Below, piece after piece: positions 37,701 through 52,700 of a DNA stretch of 64,000 nt. Below the pieces are notes generated by a model, which did not search any database, was not told the origin of the DNA, and was given only the letters and a program-made list of their open reading frames with translations. Within the stretch, counting starts at the first letter, position 1, and every line of letters starts with the position of its first letter. The DNA is taken from NCBI GenBank assembly GCA_032718475.1, contig JAUCBJ010001812.1:1-64000 (forward strand). Direction: 5' to 3'. Both the position numbers and the translations under genes were made by a program. Origin of the DNA: Nemertoderma westbladi. Lineage: Eukaryota; Animalia; Xenacoelomorpha.

Positions 37701-40700
37701 TGCAATTAATTTAGGTAGAATAAACTCCGAAGTAGATAGTGCTGAATGGAATGCAATTAATCTAGATAGAATAAACTCCGAAGTAAATAGTGCTGAATGG
37801 AATGCAATTAATTTAGGTAGAATAAAGTCCGAAGTAGATAGTGCTGAATGGAATGCAATTAATTTAGGTAGAATAAACTCCGAAGTAGATAGTGCTGAAT
37901 GGAATGCAATTAATTTAGGTAGAATAAAGTCCGAAGTAGATAGTGCTGAATGGAATGCAATTAATTTAGGTAGAATAAAGTCCGAAGTAGATAGTGCTGA
38001 ATGGAATGCAATTAATTTAGGTAGAATAAAGTCCGATTAGATAGTGCTGAATGGAATACAATTAATTTAGGTAGAATAAAGTCCGAAGTAGATAGTGCTG
38101 AATGGAATGCAATTAATTTAGGTAGAATAAAGTCCGATTAGATAGTGCTGAATGGAATGCAATTAATCTAGATAGAATAAACTCCGAAGTAAATAGTGCT
38201 GAATGGAATGCAATTAATTTAGGTAGAATAAACTCCGAAGTAGATAGTGCTGAATGGAATGCAATTAATCTAGATAGAATAAACTCCGAAGTAAATAGTG
38301 CTGAATGGAATGCAATTAATTTAGGTAGAATAAAGTCCGAAGTAGATAGTGCTGAATGGAATGCAATTAATTTAGGTAGAATAAAGTCCGATTAGATAGT
38401 GCTGAATGGAATGCAATTAATCTAGATAGAATAAACTCCGAAGTAAATAGTGCTGAATGGAATGCAATTAATTTAGGTAGAATAAACTCCGAAGTAGATA
38501 GTGCTGAATGGAATGCAATTAATCTAGATAGAATAAACTCCGAAGTAAATAGTGCTGAATGGAATGCAATTAATTTAGGTAGAATAAAGTCCGAAGTAGA
38601 TAGTGCTGAATGGAATGCAATTAATTTAGGTAGAATAAAGTCCGATTAGATAGTGCTGAATGGAATGCAATTAATTTAGGTAGAATAAAGTCCGATTAGA
38701 TAGTGCTGAATGGAATGCAATTAATTTAGGTAGAATAAAGTCCGATTAGATAGTGCTGAATGGAATGCAATTAATCTAGATAGAATAAACTCCGAAGTAG
38801 ATAGTGCTGAATGGAATGCAATTAATTTAGGTAGAATAAAGTCCGATTAGATAGTGCTGAATGGAATGCAATTAATCTAGATAGAATAAAGTCCGAAGTA
38901 GATAGTGTTGAATGGAATGCAATTAATTTAGGTAGAATAAAGTCCGATTAGATAGTGCTGAATGGAATGCAATTAATCTAGATAGAATAAACTCCGAAGT
39001 AAATAGTGCTGAATGGAATGCAATTAATCTAGATAGAATAAAGTCCGATTAGATAGTGCTGAATGGAATGCAATTAATTTAGGTAGAATAAAGTCCGAAG
39101 TAGATAGTGCTGAATGGAATGCAATTAATCTAGATAGAATAAACTCCGAAGTAGATAGTGCTGAATGGAATGCAATTAATCTAGGTAGAATAAAGTCCGA
39201 AGTAGATAGTGTTGAATGGAATGCAATTAATCTAGATAGAATAAACTCCGAAGTAAATAGTGCTGAATGGAATGCAATTAATTTAGGTAGAATAAAGTCC
39301 GAAGTAGATAGTGTTGAATGGAATGCAATTAATTTAGGTAGAATAAAGTCCGAAGTAGATAGTGTTGAATGGAATGCAATTAATTTAGGTAGAATAAAGT
39401 CCGATTAGATAGTGCTGAATGGAATGCAATTAATCTAGATAGAATAAACTCCGAAGTAAATAGTGCTGAATGGAATGCAATTAATCTAGATAGAATAAAC
39501 TCCGAAGTAAATAGTGCTGAATGGAATGCAATTAATCTAGATAGAATAAAGTCCGAAGTAGATAGTGTTGAATGGAATGCAATTAATTTAGGTAGAATAA
39601 AGTCCGATTAGATAGTGCTGAATGGAATGCAATTAATCTAGATAGAATAAACTCCGAAGTAAATAGTGCTGAATGGAATGCAATTAATTTAGGTAGAATA
39701 AACTCCGAAGTAAATAGTGCTGAATGGAATGCAATTAATTTAGGTAGAATAAAGTCCGAAGTAGATAGTGCTGAATGGAATGCAATTAATTTAGGTAGAA
39801 TAAAGTCCGATTAGATAGTGCTGAATGGAATGCAATTAATCTAGATAGAATAAACTCCGAAGTAGATAGTGCTGAATGGAATGCAATTAATTTAGGTAGA
39901 ATAAAGTCCGATTAGATAGTGCTGAATGGAATGCAATTAATCTAGATAGAATAAAGTCCGAAGTAGATAGTGCTGAATGGAATGCAATTAATTTAGGTAG
40001 AATAAAGTCCGATTAGATAGTGCTGAATGGAATGCAATTAATCTAGATAGAATAAACTCCGAAGTAAATAGTGCTGAATGGAATGCAATTAATCTAGATA
40101 GAATAAACTCCGAAGTAAATAGTGCTGAATGGAATGCAATTAATTTAGGTAGAATAAAGTCCGAAGTAGATAGTGCTGAATGGAATGCAATTAATTTAGG
40201 TAGAATAAAGTCCGATTAGATAGTGCTGAATGGAATGCAATTAATCTAGATAGAATAAACTCCGAAGTAGATAGTGCTGAATGGAATGCAATTAATTTAG
40301 GTAGAATAAAGTCCGATTAGATAGTGCTGAATGGAATGCAATTAATCTAGATAGAATAAAGTCCGAAGTAGATAGTGCTGAATGGAATGCAATTAATCTA
40401 GATAGAATAAACTCCGAAGTAAATAGTGCTGAATGGAATGCAATTAATTTAGGTAGAATAAACTCCGAAGTAGATAGTGCTGAATGGAATACAATTAATT
40501 TAGATAGAATAAAGTCCGAAGTAGATAGTGCTGAATGGAATGCAATTAATTTAGGTAGAATAAAGTCCGAAGTAGATAGTGCTGAATGGAATGCAATTAA
40601 TTTAGATAGAATAAAGTCCGAAGTAGATAGTGCTGAATGGAATGCAATTAATCTAGATAGAATAAACTCCGAAGTAAATAGTGCTGAATGGAATGCAATT

Positions 40701-43700
40701 AATTTAGGTAGAATAAACTCCGAAGTAGATAGTGCTGAATGGAATACAATTAATTTAGATAGAATAAAGTCCGAAGTAGATAGTGCTGAATGGAATGCAA
40801 TTAATCTAGATAGAATAAACTCCGAAGTAAATAGTGCTGAATGGAATGCAATTAATTTAGGTAGAATAAAGTCCGAAGTAGATAGTGCTGAATGGAATGC
40901 AATTAATTTAGGTAGAATAAAGTCCGATTAGATAGTGCTGAATGGAATGCAATTAATCTAGATAGAATAAACTCCGAAGTAAATAGTGCTGAATGGAATG
41001 CAATTAATTTAGGTAGAATAAACTCCGAAGTAGATAGTGCTGAATGGAATACAATTAATTTAGATAGAATAAAGTCCGAAGTAGATAGTGCTGAATGGAA
41101 TGCAATTAATCTAGATAGAATAAACTCCGAAGTAAATAGTGCTGAATGGAATGCAATTAATTTAGGTAGAATAAAGTCCGAAGTAGATAGTGCTGAATGG
41201 AATGCAATTAATCTAGATAGAATAAAGTCCGATTAGATAGTGCTGAATGGAATGCAATTAATCTAGATAGAATAAAGTCCGATTAGATAGTGCTGAATGG
41301 AATGCAATTAATTTAGGTAGAATAAAGTCCGATTAGATAGTGCTGAATGGAATGCAATTAATCTAGATAGAATAAACTCCGAAGTAAATAGTGCTGAATG
41401 GAATGCAATTAATTTAGGTAGAATAAACTCCGAAGTAGATAGTGCTGAATGGAATACAATTAATTTAGATAGAATAAAGTCCGAAGTAGATAGTGCTGAA
41501 TGGAATGCAATTAATCTAGATAGAATAAACTCCGAAGTAAATAGTGCTGAATGGAATGCAATTAATTTAGGTAGAATAAAGTCCGAAGTAGATAGTGCTG
41601 AATGGAATGCAATTAATCTAGATAGAATAAAGTCCGATTAGATAGTGCTGAATGGAATGCAATTAATCTAGATAGAATAAAGTCCGATTAGATAGTGCTG
41701 AATGGAATGCAATTAATTTAGGTAGAGTAAAGTCCGATTAGATAGTGCTGAATGGAATGCAATTAATCTAGATAGAATAAACTCCGAAGTAAATAGTGCT
41801 GAATGGAATGCAATTAATTTAGGTAGAATAAACTCCGAAGTAGATAGTGCTGAATGGAATACAATTAATTTAGATAGAATAAAGTCCGAAGTAGATAGTG
41901 CTGAATGGAATGCAATTAATCTAGATAGAATAAAGTCCGATTAGATAGTGCTGAATGGAATGCAATTAATCTAGATAGAATAAAGTCCGATTAGATAGTG
42001 CTGAATGGAATGCAATTAATTTAGGTAGAATAAAGTCCGAGGTAGATAGTGCTGAATGGAATGCAATTAATCTAGATAGAATAAACTCCGAAGTAAATAG
42101 TGCTGAATGGAATGCAATTAATTTAGGTAGAATAAACTCCGAAGTAGATAGTGCTGAATGGAATACAATTAATTTAGATAGAATAAAGTCCGAAGTAGAT
42201 AGTGCTGAATGGAATGCAATTAATCTAGATAGAATAAACTCCGAAGTAAATAGTGCTGAATGGAATGCAATTAATTTAGGTAGAATAAACTCCGAAGTAA
42301 ATAGTGCTGAATGGAATGCAATTAATTTAGGTAGAATAAAGTCCGATTAGATAGTGCTGAATGGAATGCAATTAATTTAGGTAGAATAAAGTCCGATTAG
42401 ATAGTGCTGAATGGAATGCAATTAATCTAGATAGAATAAAGTCCGAAGTAGATAGTGCTGAATGGAATGCAATTAATCTAGATAGAATAAACTCCGAAGT
42501 AGATAGTGCTGAATGGAATGCAATTAATTTAGATAGAATAAAGTCCGAAGTAAATAGTGCTGAATGGAATGCAATTAATCTAGATAGAATAAAGTCCGAT
42601 TAGATAGTGCTGAATGGAATGCAATTAATTTAGGTAGAATAAAGTCCGAAGTAGATAGTGCTGAATGGAATGCAATTAATTTAGGTAGAATAAAGTCCGA
42701 AGTAGATAGTGCTGAATGGAATGCAATTAATTTAGGTAGAATAAAGTCCGAAGTAGATAGTGCTGAATGGAATGCAATTAATCTAGATAGAATAAAGTCC
42801 GATTAGATAGTGCTGAATGGAATGCAATTAATTTAGGTAGAATAAAGTCCGATTAGATAGTGCTGAATGGAATGCAATTAATTTAGGTAGAATAAAGTCC
42901 GATTAGATAGTGCTGAATGGAATGCAATTAATTTAGGTAGAATAAAGTCCGAAGTAGATAGTGCTGAATGGAATGCAATTAATCTAGATAGAATAAAGTC
43001 CGAAGTAGATAGTGCTGAATGGAATGCAATTAATTTAGATAGAATAAAGTCCGAAGTAGATAGTGCTGAATGGAATGCAATTAATTTAGGTAGAATAAAG
43101 TCCGATTAGATAGTGCTGAATGGAATGCAATTAATTTAGGTAGAATAAAGTCCGATTAGATAGTGCTGAATGGAATGCAATTAATTTAGGTAGAATAAAG
43201 TCCGATTAGATAGTGCTGAATGGAATGCAATTAATTTAGGTAGAATAAAGTCCGAAGTAGATAGTGCTGAATGGAATGCAATTAATCTAGATAGAATAAA
43301 CTCCGAAGTAAATAGTGCTGAATGGAATGCAATTAATTTAGGTAGAATAAAGTCCGATTAGATAGTGCTGAATGGAATGCAATTAATTTAGGTAGAATAA
43401 AGTCCGATTAGATAGTGCTGAATGGAATGCAATTAATTTAGGTAGAATAAAGTCCGAAGTAGATAGTGCTGAATGGAATGCAATTAATCTAGATAGAATA
43501 AACTCCGAAGTAAATAGTGCTGAATGGAATGCAATTAATTTAGGTAGAATAAAGTCCGATTAGATAGTGCTGAATGGAATGCAATTAATTTAGGTAGAAT
43601 AAAGTCCGATTAGATAGTGCTGAATGGAATGCAATTAATTTAGGTAGAATAAAGTCCGATTAGATAGTGCTGAATGGAATGCAATTAATTTAGGTAGAAT

Positions 43701-46700
43701 AAAGTCCGATTAGATAGTGCTGAATGGAATGCAATTAATTTAGGTAGAATAAAGTCCGAAGTAAATAGTGCTGAATGGAATGCAATTAATTTAGGTAGAA
43801 TAAAGTCCGAAGTAGATAGTGCTGAATGGAATGCAATTAATCTAGATAGAATAAAGTCCGAAGTAGATAGTGCTGAATGGAATGCAATTAATTTAGGTAG
43901 AATAAAGTCCGAAGTAGATAGTGCTGAATGGAATACAATTAATCTAGATAGAATAAACTCCGAAGTAGATAGCGCTGAATGGAATGCAATTAATTTAGGT
44001 AGAATAAAGTCCGAAGTAGATAGTGCTGAATGGAATGCAATTAATCTAGATAGAATAAACTCCGAAGTAGATAGCGCTGAATGGAATGCAATTAATTTAG
44101 GTAGAATAAAGTCCGAAGTAGATAGTGCTGAATGGAATACAATTAATCTAGATAGAATAAACTCCGAAGTAGATAGCGCTGAATGGAATGCAATTAATTT
44201 AGGTAGAATAAAGTCCGAAGTAGATAGTGCTGAATGGAATGCAATTAATCTAGATAGAATAAACTCCGAAGTAGATAGCGCTGAATGGAATGCAATTAAT
44301 TTAGGTAGAATAAAGTCCGAAGTAGATAGTGCTGAATGGAATACAATTAATTTAGGTAGAATAAAGTCCGAAGTAGATAGTGCTGAATGGAATGCAATTA
44401 ATTTAGGTAGAATAAAGTCCGATTAGATAGTGCTGAATGGAATGCAATTAATTTAGGTAGAATAAAGTCCGAAGTAAATAGTGCTGAATGGAATGCAATT
44501 AATTTAGGTAGAATAAAGTCCGATGTAGATAGTGCTGAATGGAATACAATTAATTTAGGTAGAATAAAGTCCGATTAGATAGTGCTGAATGGAATGCAAT
44601 TAATCTAGGTAGAATAAAGTCCGAAGTAGATAGTGCTGAATGGAATGCAATTAATCTAGATAGAATAAACTCCGAAGTAGATAGTGCTGAATGGAATGCA
44701 ATTAATCTAGATAGAATAAAGTCCGAAGTAGATAGTGCTGAATGGAATGCAATTAATTTAGGTAGAATAAACTCCGAAGTAAATAGTGCTGAATGGAATG
44801 CAATTAATCTAGATAGAATAAACTCCGAAGTAAATAGTGCTGAATGGAATGCAATTAATTTAGGTAGAATAAACTCCGAAGTAAATAGTGCTGAATGGAA
44901 TGCAATTAATTTAGGTAGAAAAAAGTCCGAAGTAGATAGTGCTGAATGGAATGCAATTAATTTAGGTAGAATAAACTCCGAAGTAAATAGTGCTGAATGG
45001 AATGCAATTAATCTAGATAGAATAAACTCCGAAGTAAATAGTGCTGAATGGAATGCAATTAATTTAGGTAGAATAAAGTCCGAAGTAGATAGTGCTGAAT
45101 GGAATGCAATTAATCTAGATAGAATAAAGTCCGAAGTAAATAGTGCTGAATGGAATGCAATTAATTTAGGTAGAATAAAGTCCGAAGTAAATAGTGCTGA
45201 ATGGAATGCAATTAATTTAGGTAGAAAAAAGTCCGAAGTAGATAGTGCTGAATGGAATGCAATTAATTTAGGTAGAATAAACTCCGAAGTAAATAGTGCT
45301 GAATGGAATGCAATTAATCTAGATAGAATAAACTCCGAAGTAAATAGTGCTGAATGGAATGCAATTAATTTAGGTAGAATAAAGTCCGATGTAGATAGTG
45401 CTGAATGGAATACAATTAATCTAGATACAATAAACTCCGAAGTAGATAGTGCTGAATGGAATGCAATTAATCTAGATAGAATAAACTCCGAAGTAGATAG
45501 TGCTGAATGGAATGCAATTAATTTAGGTAGAATAAAGTCCGATTAGATAGTGCTGAATGGAATGCAATTAATTTAGGTAGAATAAACTCCGATTAGATAG
45601 TGCTGAATGGAATGCAATTAATTTAGGTAGAATAAAGTCCGATGTAGATAGTGCTGAATGGAATACAATTAATCTAGATACAATAAACTCCGAAGTAGAT
45701 AGTGCTGAATGGAATGCAATTAATCTAGATAGAATAAACTCCGAAGTAGATAGTGCTGAATGGAATGCAATTAATTTAGGTAGAATAAAGTCCGATGTAG
45801 ATAGTGCTGAATGGAATACAATTAATCTAGATACAATAAACTCCGAAGTAGATAGTGCTGAATGGAATGCAATTAATCTAGATAGAATAAACTCCGAAGT
45901 AGATAGTGCTGAATGGAATGCAATTAATTTAGGTAGAATAAAGTCCGAAGTAGATAGTGCTGAATGGAATGCAATTAATTTAGATAGAATAAAGTCCGAG
46001 GTAGATAGTGCTGAATGGAATGCAATTAATTTAGATAGAATAAAGTCCGATTAGATAGTGCTGAATGGAATGCAATTAATCTAGATAGAATAAACTCCGA
46101 AGTAAATAGTGCTGAATGGAATGCAATTAATCTAGATAGAATAAAGTCCGAAGTAGATAGTGCTGAATGGAATGCAATTAATTTAGATACAATAAAGTAC
46201 GATTAGATAGTGCTGAATGGAATGCAATTAATTTAGGTAGAATAAAGTCCGATGTAGATAGTGCTGAATGGAATACAATTAATTTAGGTAGAATAAAGTC
46301 CGATTAGATAGCGCTGAATGGAATGCAATTAATCTAGATACAATAAACTCCGAAGTAAATAATGCTGAATGGAATGCAATTAATCTAGATAGAATAAACT
46401 CCGAAGTAGATAGTGCTGAATGGAATGCAATTAATCTAGATACAATAAACTCCGAAGTAAATAATGCTGAATGGAATGCAATTAATCTAGATAGAATAAA
46501 CTCCGAAGTAGATAGTGCTGAATGGAATGCAATTAATCTAGATAGAATAAACTCCGAAGTAGATAGTGCTGAATGGAATGCAATTAATCTAGATACAATA
46601 AACTCCGAAGTAAATAATGCTGAATGGAATGCAATTAATCTAGATAGAATAAACTCCGAAGTAGATAGTGCTGAATGGAATGCAATTAATCTAGGTAGAA

Positions 46701-49700
46701 TAAAGTCCGATTAGATAGTGCTGAATGGAATGCAATTAATCTAGATAGAATAAAGTCCGATTAGATAGTGCTGAATGGAATGCAATTAATCTAGATAGAA
46801 TAAAGTCCGAAGTAGATAGTGTTGAATGGAATGCAATTAATTTAGATAGAATAAAGTCCGATTAGATAGTGCTGAATGGAATGCAATTAATCTAGATAGA
46901 ATAAAGTCCGAAGTAGATAGTGCTGAATGGAATGCAATTAATTTAGATAGAATAAAGTCCGAAGTAGATAGTGCTGAATGGAATGCAATTAATCTAGGTA
47001 GAATAAACTCCGAAGTAAATAGTGCTGAATGGAATGCAATTAATCTAGGTAGAATAAAGTCCGATTAGATAGTGCTGAATGGAATGCAATTAATCTAGAT
47101 AGAATAAACTCCGAAGTAAATAGTGCTGAATGGAATGCAATTAATTTAGGTAGAATAAAGTCCGAGTAGATAGTGCTGAATGGAATGCAATTAATCTAGA
47201 TAGAATAAAGTCCGAAGTAGATAGTGCTGAATGGAATGCAATTAATTTAGATACAATAAAGTACGATTAGATAGTGCTGAATGGAATGCAATTAATTTAG
47301 GTAGAATAAAGTCCGAGTAGATAGTGCTGAATGGAATGCAATTAATCTAGATAGAATAAAGTCCGAAGTAGATAGTGCTGAATGGAATGCAATTAATTTA
47401 GATACAATAAAGTACGATTAGATAGTGCTGAATGGAATGCAATTAATTTAGGTAGAATAAAGTCCGATGTAGATAGTGCTGAATGGAATACAATTAATTT
47501 AGGTAGAATAAAGTCCGATTAGATAGTGCTGAATGGAATGCAATTAATCTAGATACAATAAACTCCGAAGTAAATAGTGCTGAATGGAATGCAATTAATC
47601 TAGATAGAATAAACTCCGAAGTAGATAGTGCTGAATGGAATGCAATTAATCTAGGTAGAATAAAGTCCGATTAGATAGTGCTGAATGGAATGCAATTAAT
47701 CTAGATAGAATAAAGTCCGATTAGATAGTGCTGAATGGAATGCAATTAATCTAGATAGAATAAAGTCCGAAGTAGATAGTGTTGAATGGAATGCAATTAA
47801 TTTAGATAGAATAAAGTCCGATTAGATAGTGCTGAATGGAATGCAATTAATCTAGGTAGAATAAACTCCGAAGTAAATAGTGCTGAATGGAATGCAATTA
47901 ATTTAGGTAGAATAAAGTCCGAAGTAGATAGTGCTGAATGGAATACAATTAATTTAGATAGAATAAAGTCCGAAGTAGATAGTGCTGAATGGAATGCAAT
48001 TAATTTAGGTAGAATAAAGTGCGAAGTAGATAGTGCTGAATGGAATGCAATTAATCTAGGTAGAATAAAGTCCGATTAGATAGTGCTGAATGGAATGCAA
48101 TTAATCTAGATAGAATAAACTCCGAAGTAAATAGTGCTGAATGGAATGCAATTAATCTAGGTAGAATAAAGTCCGATTAGATAGTGCTGAATGGAATGCA
48201 ATTAATTTAGGTAGAATAAAGTCCGAAGTAGATAGTGCTGAATGGAATGCAATTAATCTAGATAGAATAAACTCCGAAGTAAATAGTGCTGAATGGAATG
48301 CAATTAATCTAGGTAGAATAAAGTCCGATTAGATAGTGCTGAATGGAATGCAATTAATCTAGGTAGAATAAACTCCGAAGTAAATAGTGCTGAATGGAAT
48401 GCAATTAATTTAGGTAGAATAAAGTCCAAAGTAGATAGTGCTGAATGGAATGCAATTAATCTAGATAGAATAAAGTCCGATTAGATAGTGCTGAATGAAA
48501 TGCAATTAATTTAGATACAATAAAGTCCGAAGTAGATAGTGCTGAATGGAATGCAATTAATCTAGGTAGAATAAAGTCCGATTAGATAGTGCTGAATGGA
48601 ATGCAATTAATCTAGATAGAATAAACTCCGAAGTAAATAGTGCTGAATGGAATGCAATTAATCTAGGTAGAATAAAGTCCGATTAGATAGTGCTGAATGG
48701 AATGCAATTAATCTAGGTAGAATAAACTCCGAAGTAAATAGTGCTGAATGGAATGCAATTAATTTAGGTAGAATAAAGTCCGAAGTAGATAGTGCTGAAT
48801 GGAATACAATTAATTTAGGTAGAATAAAGTCCGATTAGATAGTGCTGAATGGAATGCAATTAATCTAGATAGAATAAACTCCGAAGTAAATAGTGCTGAA
48901 TGGAATGCAATTAATTTAGGTAGAATAAAGTCCGAAGTAGATAGTGCTGAATGGAATGCAATTAATCTAGATAGAATAAACTCCGAAGTAAATAGTGCTG
49001 AATGGAATGCAATTAATCTAGATAGAATAAAGTCCGAAGTAGATAGTGCTGAATGGAATGCAATTAATCTAGATAGAATAAAGTCCGAAGTAGATAGTGC
49101 TGAACGGAATGCAATTAATTTAGGTAGAATAAACTCCGAAGTAAATAGTGCTGAATGGAATACAATTAATTTAGATAGAATAAAGTCCGATTAGATAGTG
49201 CTGAACGGAATGCAATTAATTTAGGTAGAATAAACTCCGAAGTAAATAGTGCTGAATGGAATGCAATTAATTTAGGTAGAATAAAGTCCGAAGTAGATAG
49301 TGCTGAATGGAATACAATTAATTTAGGTAGAATAAAGTCCGATTAGATAGTGCTGAATGGAATGCAATTAATCTAGATAGAATAAACTCCGAAGTAAATA
49401 GTGCTGAATGGAATGCAATTAATTTAGGTAGAATAAAGTCCGAAGTAGATAGTGCTGAATGGAATGCAATTAATCTAGATAGAATAAACTCCGAAGTAAA
49501 TAGTGCTGAATGGAATGCAATTAATCTAGATAGAATAAAGTCCGAAGTAGATAGTGCTGAATGGAATGCAATTAATCTAGATAGAATAAAGTCCGAAGTA
49601 GATAGTGCTGAACGGAATGCAATTAATTTAGGTAGAATAAAGTCCGAAGTAGATAGTGCTGAATGGAATGCATTTAATTTAGGTAGAATAAAGTCCGAAG

Positions 49701-52700
49701 TAGATAGTGCTGAATGGAATGCAATTAATTTAGGTAGAATAAAGTCCGATTAGATAGTGCTGAATGGAATGCAATTAATCTAGATAGAATAAACTCCGAA
49801 GTAAATAGTGCTGAATGGAATGCAATTAATTTAGGTAGAATAAAGTCCGAAGTAGATAGTGCTGAATGGAATGCAATTAATCTAGGTAGAATAAAGTCCG
49901 AAGTAGATAGTGCTGAACGGAATGCAATTAATTTAGGTAGAATAAACTCCGAAGTAAATAGTGCTGAATGGAATGCAATTAATTTAGGTAGAATAAAGTC
50001 CGATTAGATAGTGCTGAATGGAATGCAATTAATTTAGGTAGAATAAAGTCCGAAGTAGATAGTGCTGAATAGAATGCAATTAATTTAGATAGAATAAACT
50101 CCGAAGTAAATAGTGCTGAATGGAATGCAATTAATCTAGATAGAATAAACTCCGAAGTAAATAGTGCTGAATGGAATGCAATTAATTTAGGTAGAATAAA
50201 GTCCGATGTAGATAGTGCTGAATGGAATACAATTAATTTAGGTAGAATAAAGTCCGAAGTAGATAGTGCTGAATGGAATGCAATTAATCTAGATAGAATA
50301 AAGTCCGATTAGATAGTGCTGAATGGAATGCAATTAATCTAGATACAATAAACTCCGAAGTAAATAGTGCTGAATGGAATGCAATTAATTTAGGTAGAAT
50401 AAAGTCCGATTAGATAGTGCTGAATGGAATGCAATTAATCTAGATAGAATAAAGTCCGATTAGATAGTGCTGAATGGAATGCAATTAATTTAGGTAGAAT
50501 AAACTCCGAAGTAAATAGTGCTGAATGGAATGCAATTAATTTAGGTAGAATAAAGTCCGAAGTAGATAGTGCTGAATGGAATACAATTAATTTAGGTAGA
50601 ATAAAGTCCGATTAGATAGTGCTGAATAGAATGCAATTAATTTAGATAGAATAAACTCCGAAGTAAATAGTGCTGAATGGAATGCAATTAATTTAGATAG
50701 AATAAAGTCCGAAGTAGATAGCGCTGAATGGAATGCAATTAATTTAGATAGAATAAAGTCCGAAGTAGATAGTGCTGAATGGAATGCAATTAATCTAGAT
50801 AGAATAAACTCCGAAGTAAATAGTGCTGAATGGAATGCAATTAATTTAGGTAGAATAAAGTCCGAAGTAGATAGTGCTGAATGGAATACAATTAATTTAG
50901 GTAGAATAAAGTCCGATTAGATAGTGCTGAATGGAATGCAATTAATCTAGATAGAATAAACTCCGAAGTAAATAGTGTTGAATGGAATGCAATTAATTTA
51001 GGTAGAATAAAGTCCGAAGTAGATAGATAGTGCTGAATGGAATGCAATTAATTTAGATAGAATAAAGTCCGAAGTAGATAGTGCTGAACGGAATGCAATT
51101 AATTTAGGTAGAATAAAGTCCGAAGTAGATAGTGCTGAATGGAATGCAATTAATTTAGGTAGAATAAAGTCCGAAGTAGATAGTGCTGAATGGAATGCAA
51201 TTAATCTAGATAGAATAAACTCCGAAGTAAATAGTGTTGAATGGAATGCAATTAATTTAGGTAGAATAAAGTCCGAAGTAGATAGTGCTGAATGGAATGC
51301 AATTAATCTAGATAGAATAAACTCCGAAGTAAATAGTGCTGAATGGAATGCAATTAATTTAGGTAGAATAAAGTCCGAAGTAGATAGTGCTGAACGGAAT
51401 GCAATTAATTTAGGTAGAATAAAGTCCGAAGTAGATAGTGCTGAATGGAATGCAATTAATTTAGGTAGAATAAAGTCCGAAGTAGATAGTGCTGAATGGA
51501 ATGCAATTAATCTAGATAGAATAAACTCCGAAGTAAATAGTGTTGAATGGAATGCAATTAATTTAGGTAGAATAAAGTCCGAAGTAGATAGTGCTGAACG
51601 GAATGCAATTAATTTAGGTAGAATAAAGTCCGAAGTAGATAGTGCTGAATGGAATGCAATTAATCTAGATAGAATAAACTCCGAAGTAAATAGTGCTGAA
51701 TGGAATGCAATTAATCTAGATAGAATAAAGTCCGATTAGATAGTGCTGAATGGAATGCAATTAATCTAGATAGAATAAAGTCCGAAGTAGATAGTGCTGA
51801 ATGGAATGCAATTAATCTAGATAGAATAAAGTCCGAAGTAGATAGTGCTGAATGGAATGCAATTAATTTAGGTAGAATAAAGTCCGAAGTAGATAGTGCT
51901 GAATGGAATGCAATTAATCTAGATAGAATAAAGTCCGAAGTAGATAGTGTTGAATGGAATGCAATTAATCTAGATAGAATAAAGTCCGAAGTAGATAGTG
52001 CTGAATGGAATGCAATTAATTTAGGTAGAATAAAGTCCGAAGTAGATAGTGCTGAATGGAATGCAATTAATTTAGGTAGAATAAAGTCCGAAGTAGATAG
52101 TGCTGAATGGAATGCAATTAATTTAGGTAGAATAAACTCCGAAGTAAATAGTGCTGAATGGAATGCAATTAATTTAGGTAGAATAAAGTCCGAAGTAGAT
52201 AGTGCTGAATGGAATACAATCAATCTAGATAGAATAAAGTCCGATTAGATAGTGCTGAATGGAATGCAATTAATCTAGATAGAATAAAGTCCGAAGTAGA
52301 TAGTGCTGAATGGAATGCAATTAATCTAGATAGAATAAAGTCCGAAGTAGATAGTGCTGAATGGAATGCAATTAATTTAGGTAGAATAAAGTCCGAAGTA
52401 GATAGTGCTGAATGGAATGCAATTAATCTAGATAGAATAAAGTCCGAAGTAGATAGTGTTGAATGGAATGCAATTAATCTAGATAGAATAAAGTCCGAAG
52501 TAGATAGTGCTGAATGGAATGCAATTAATTTAGGTAGAATAAAGTCCGAAGTAGATAGTGCTGAATGGAATGCAATTAATTTAGGTAGAATAAAGTCCGA
52601 AGTAGATAGTGCTGAATGGAATGCAATTAATCTAGATACAATAAAGTCCGAAGTAGATAGTGCTGAATGGAATGCAATTAATCTAGATACAATAAAGTCC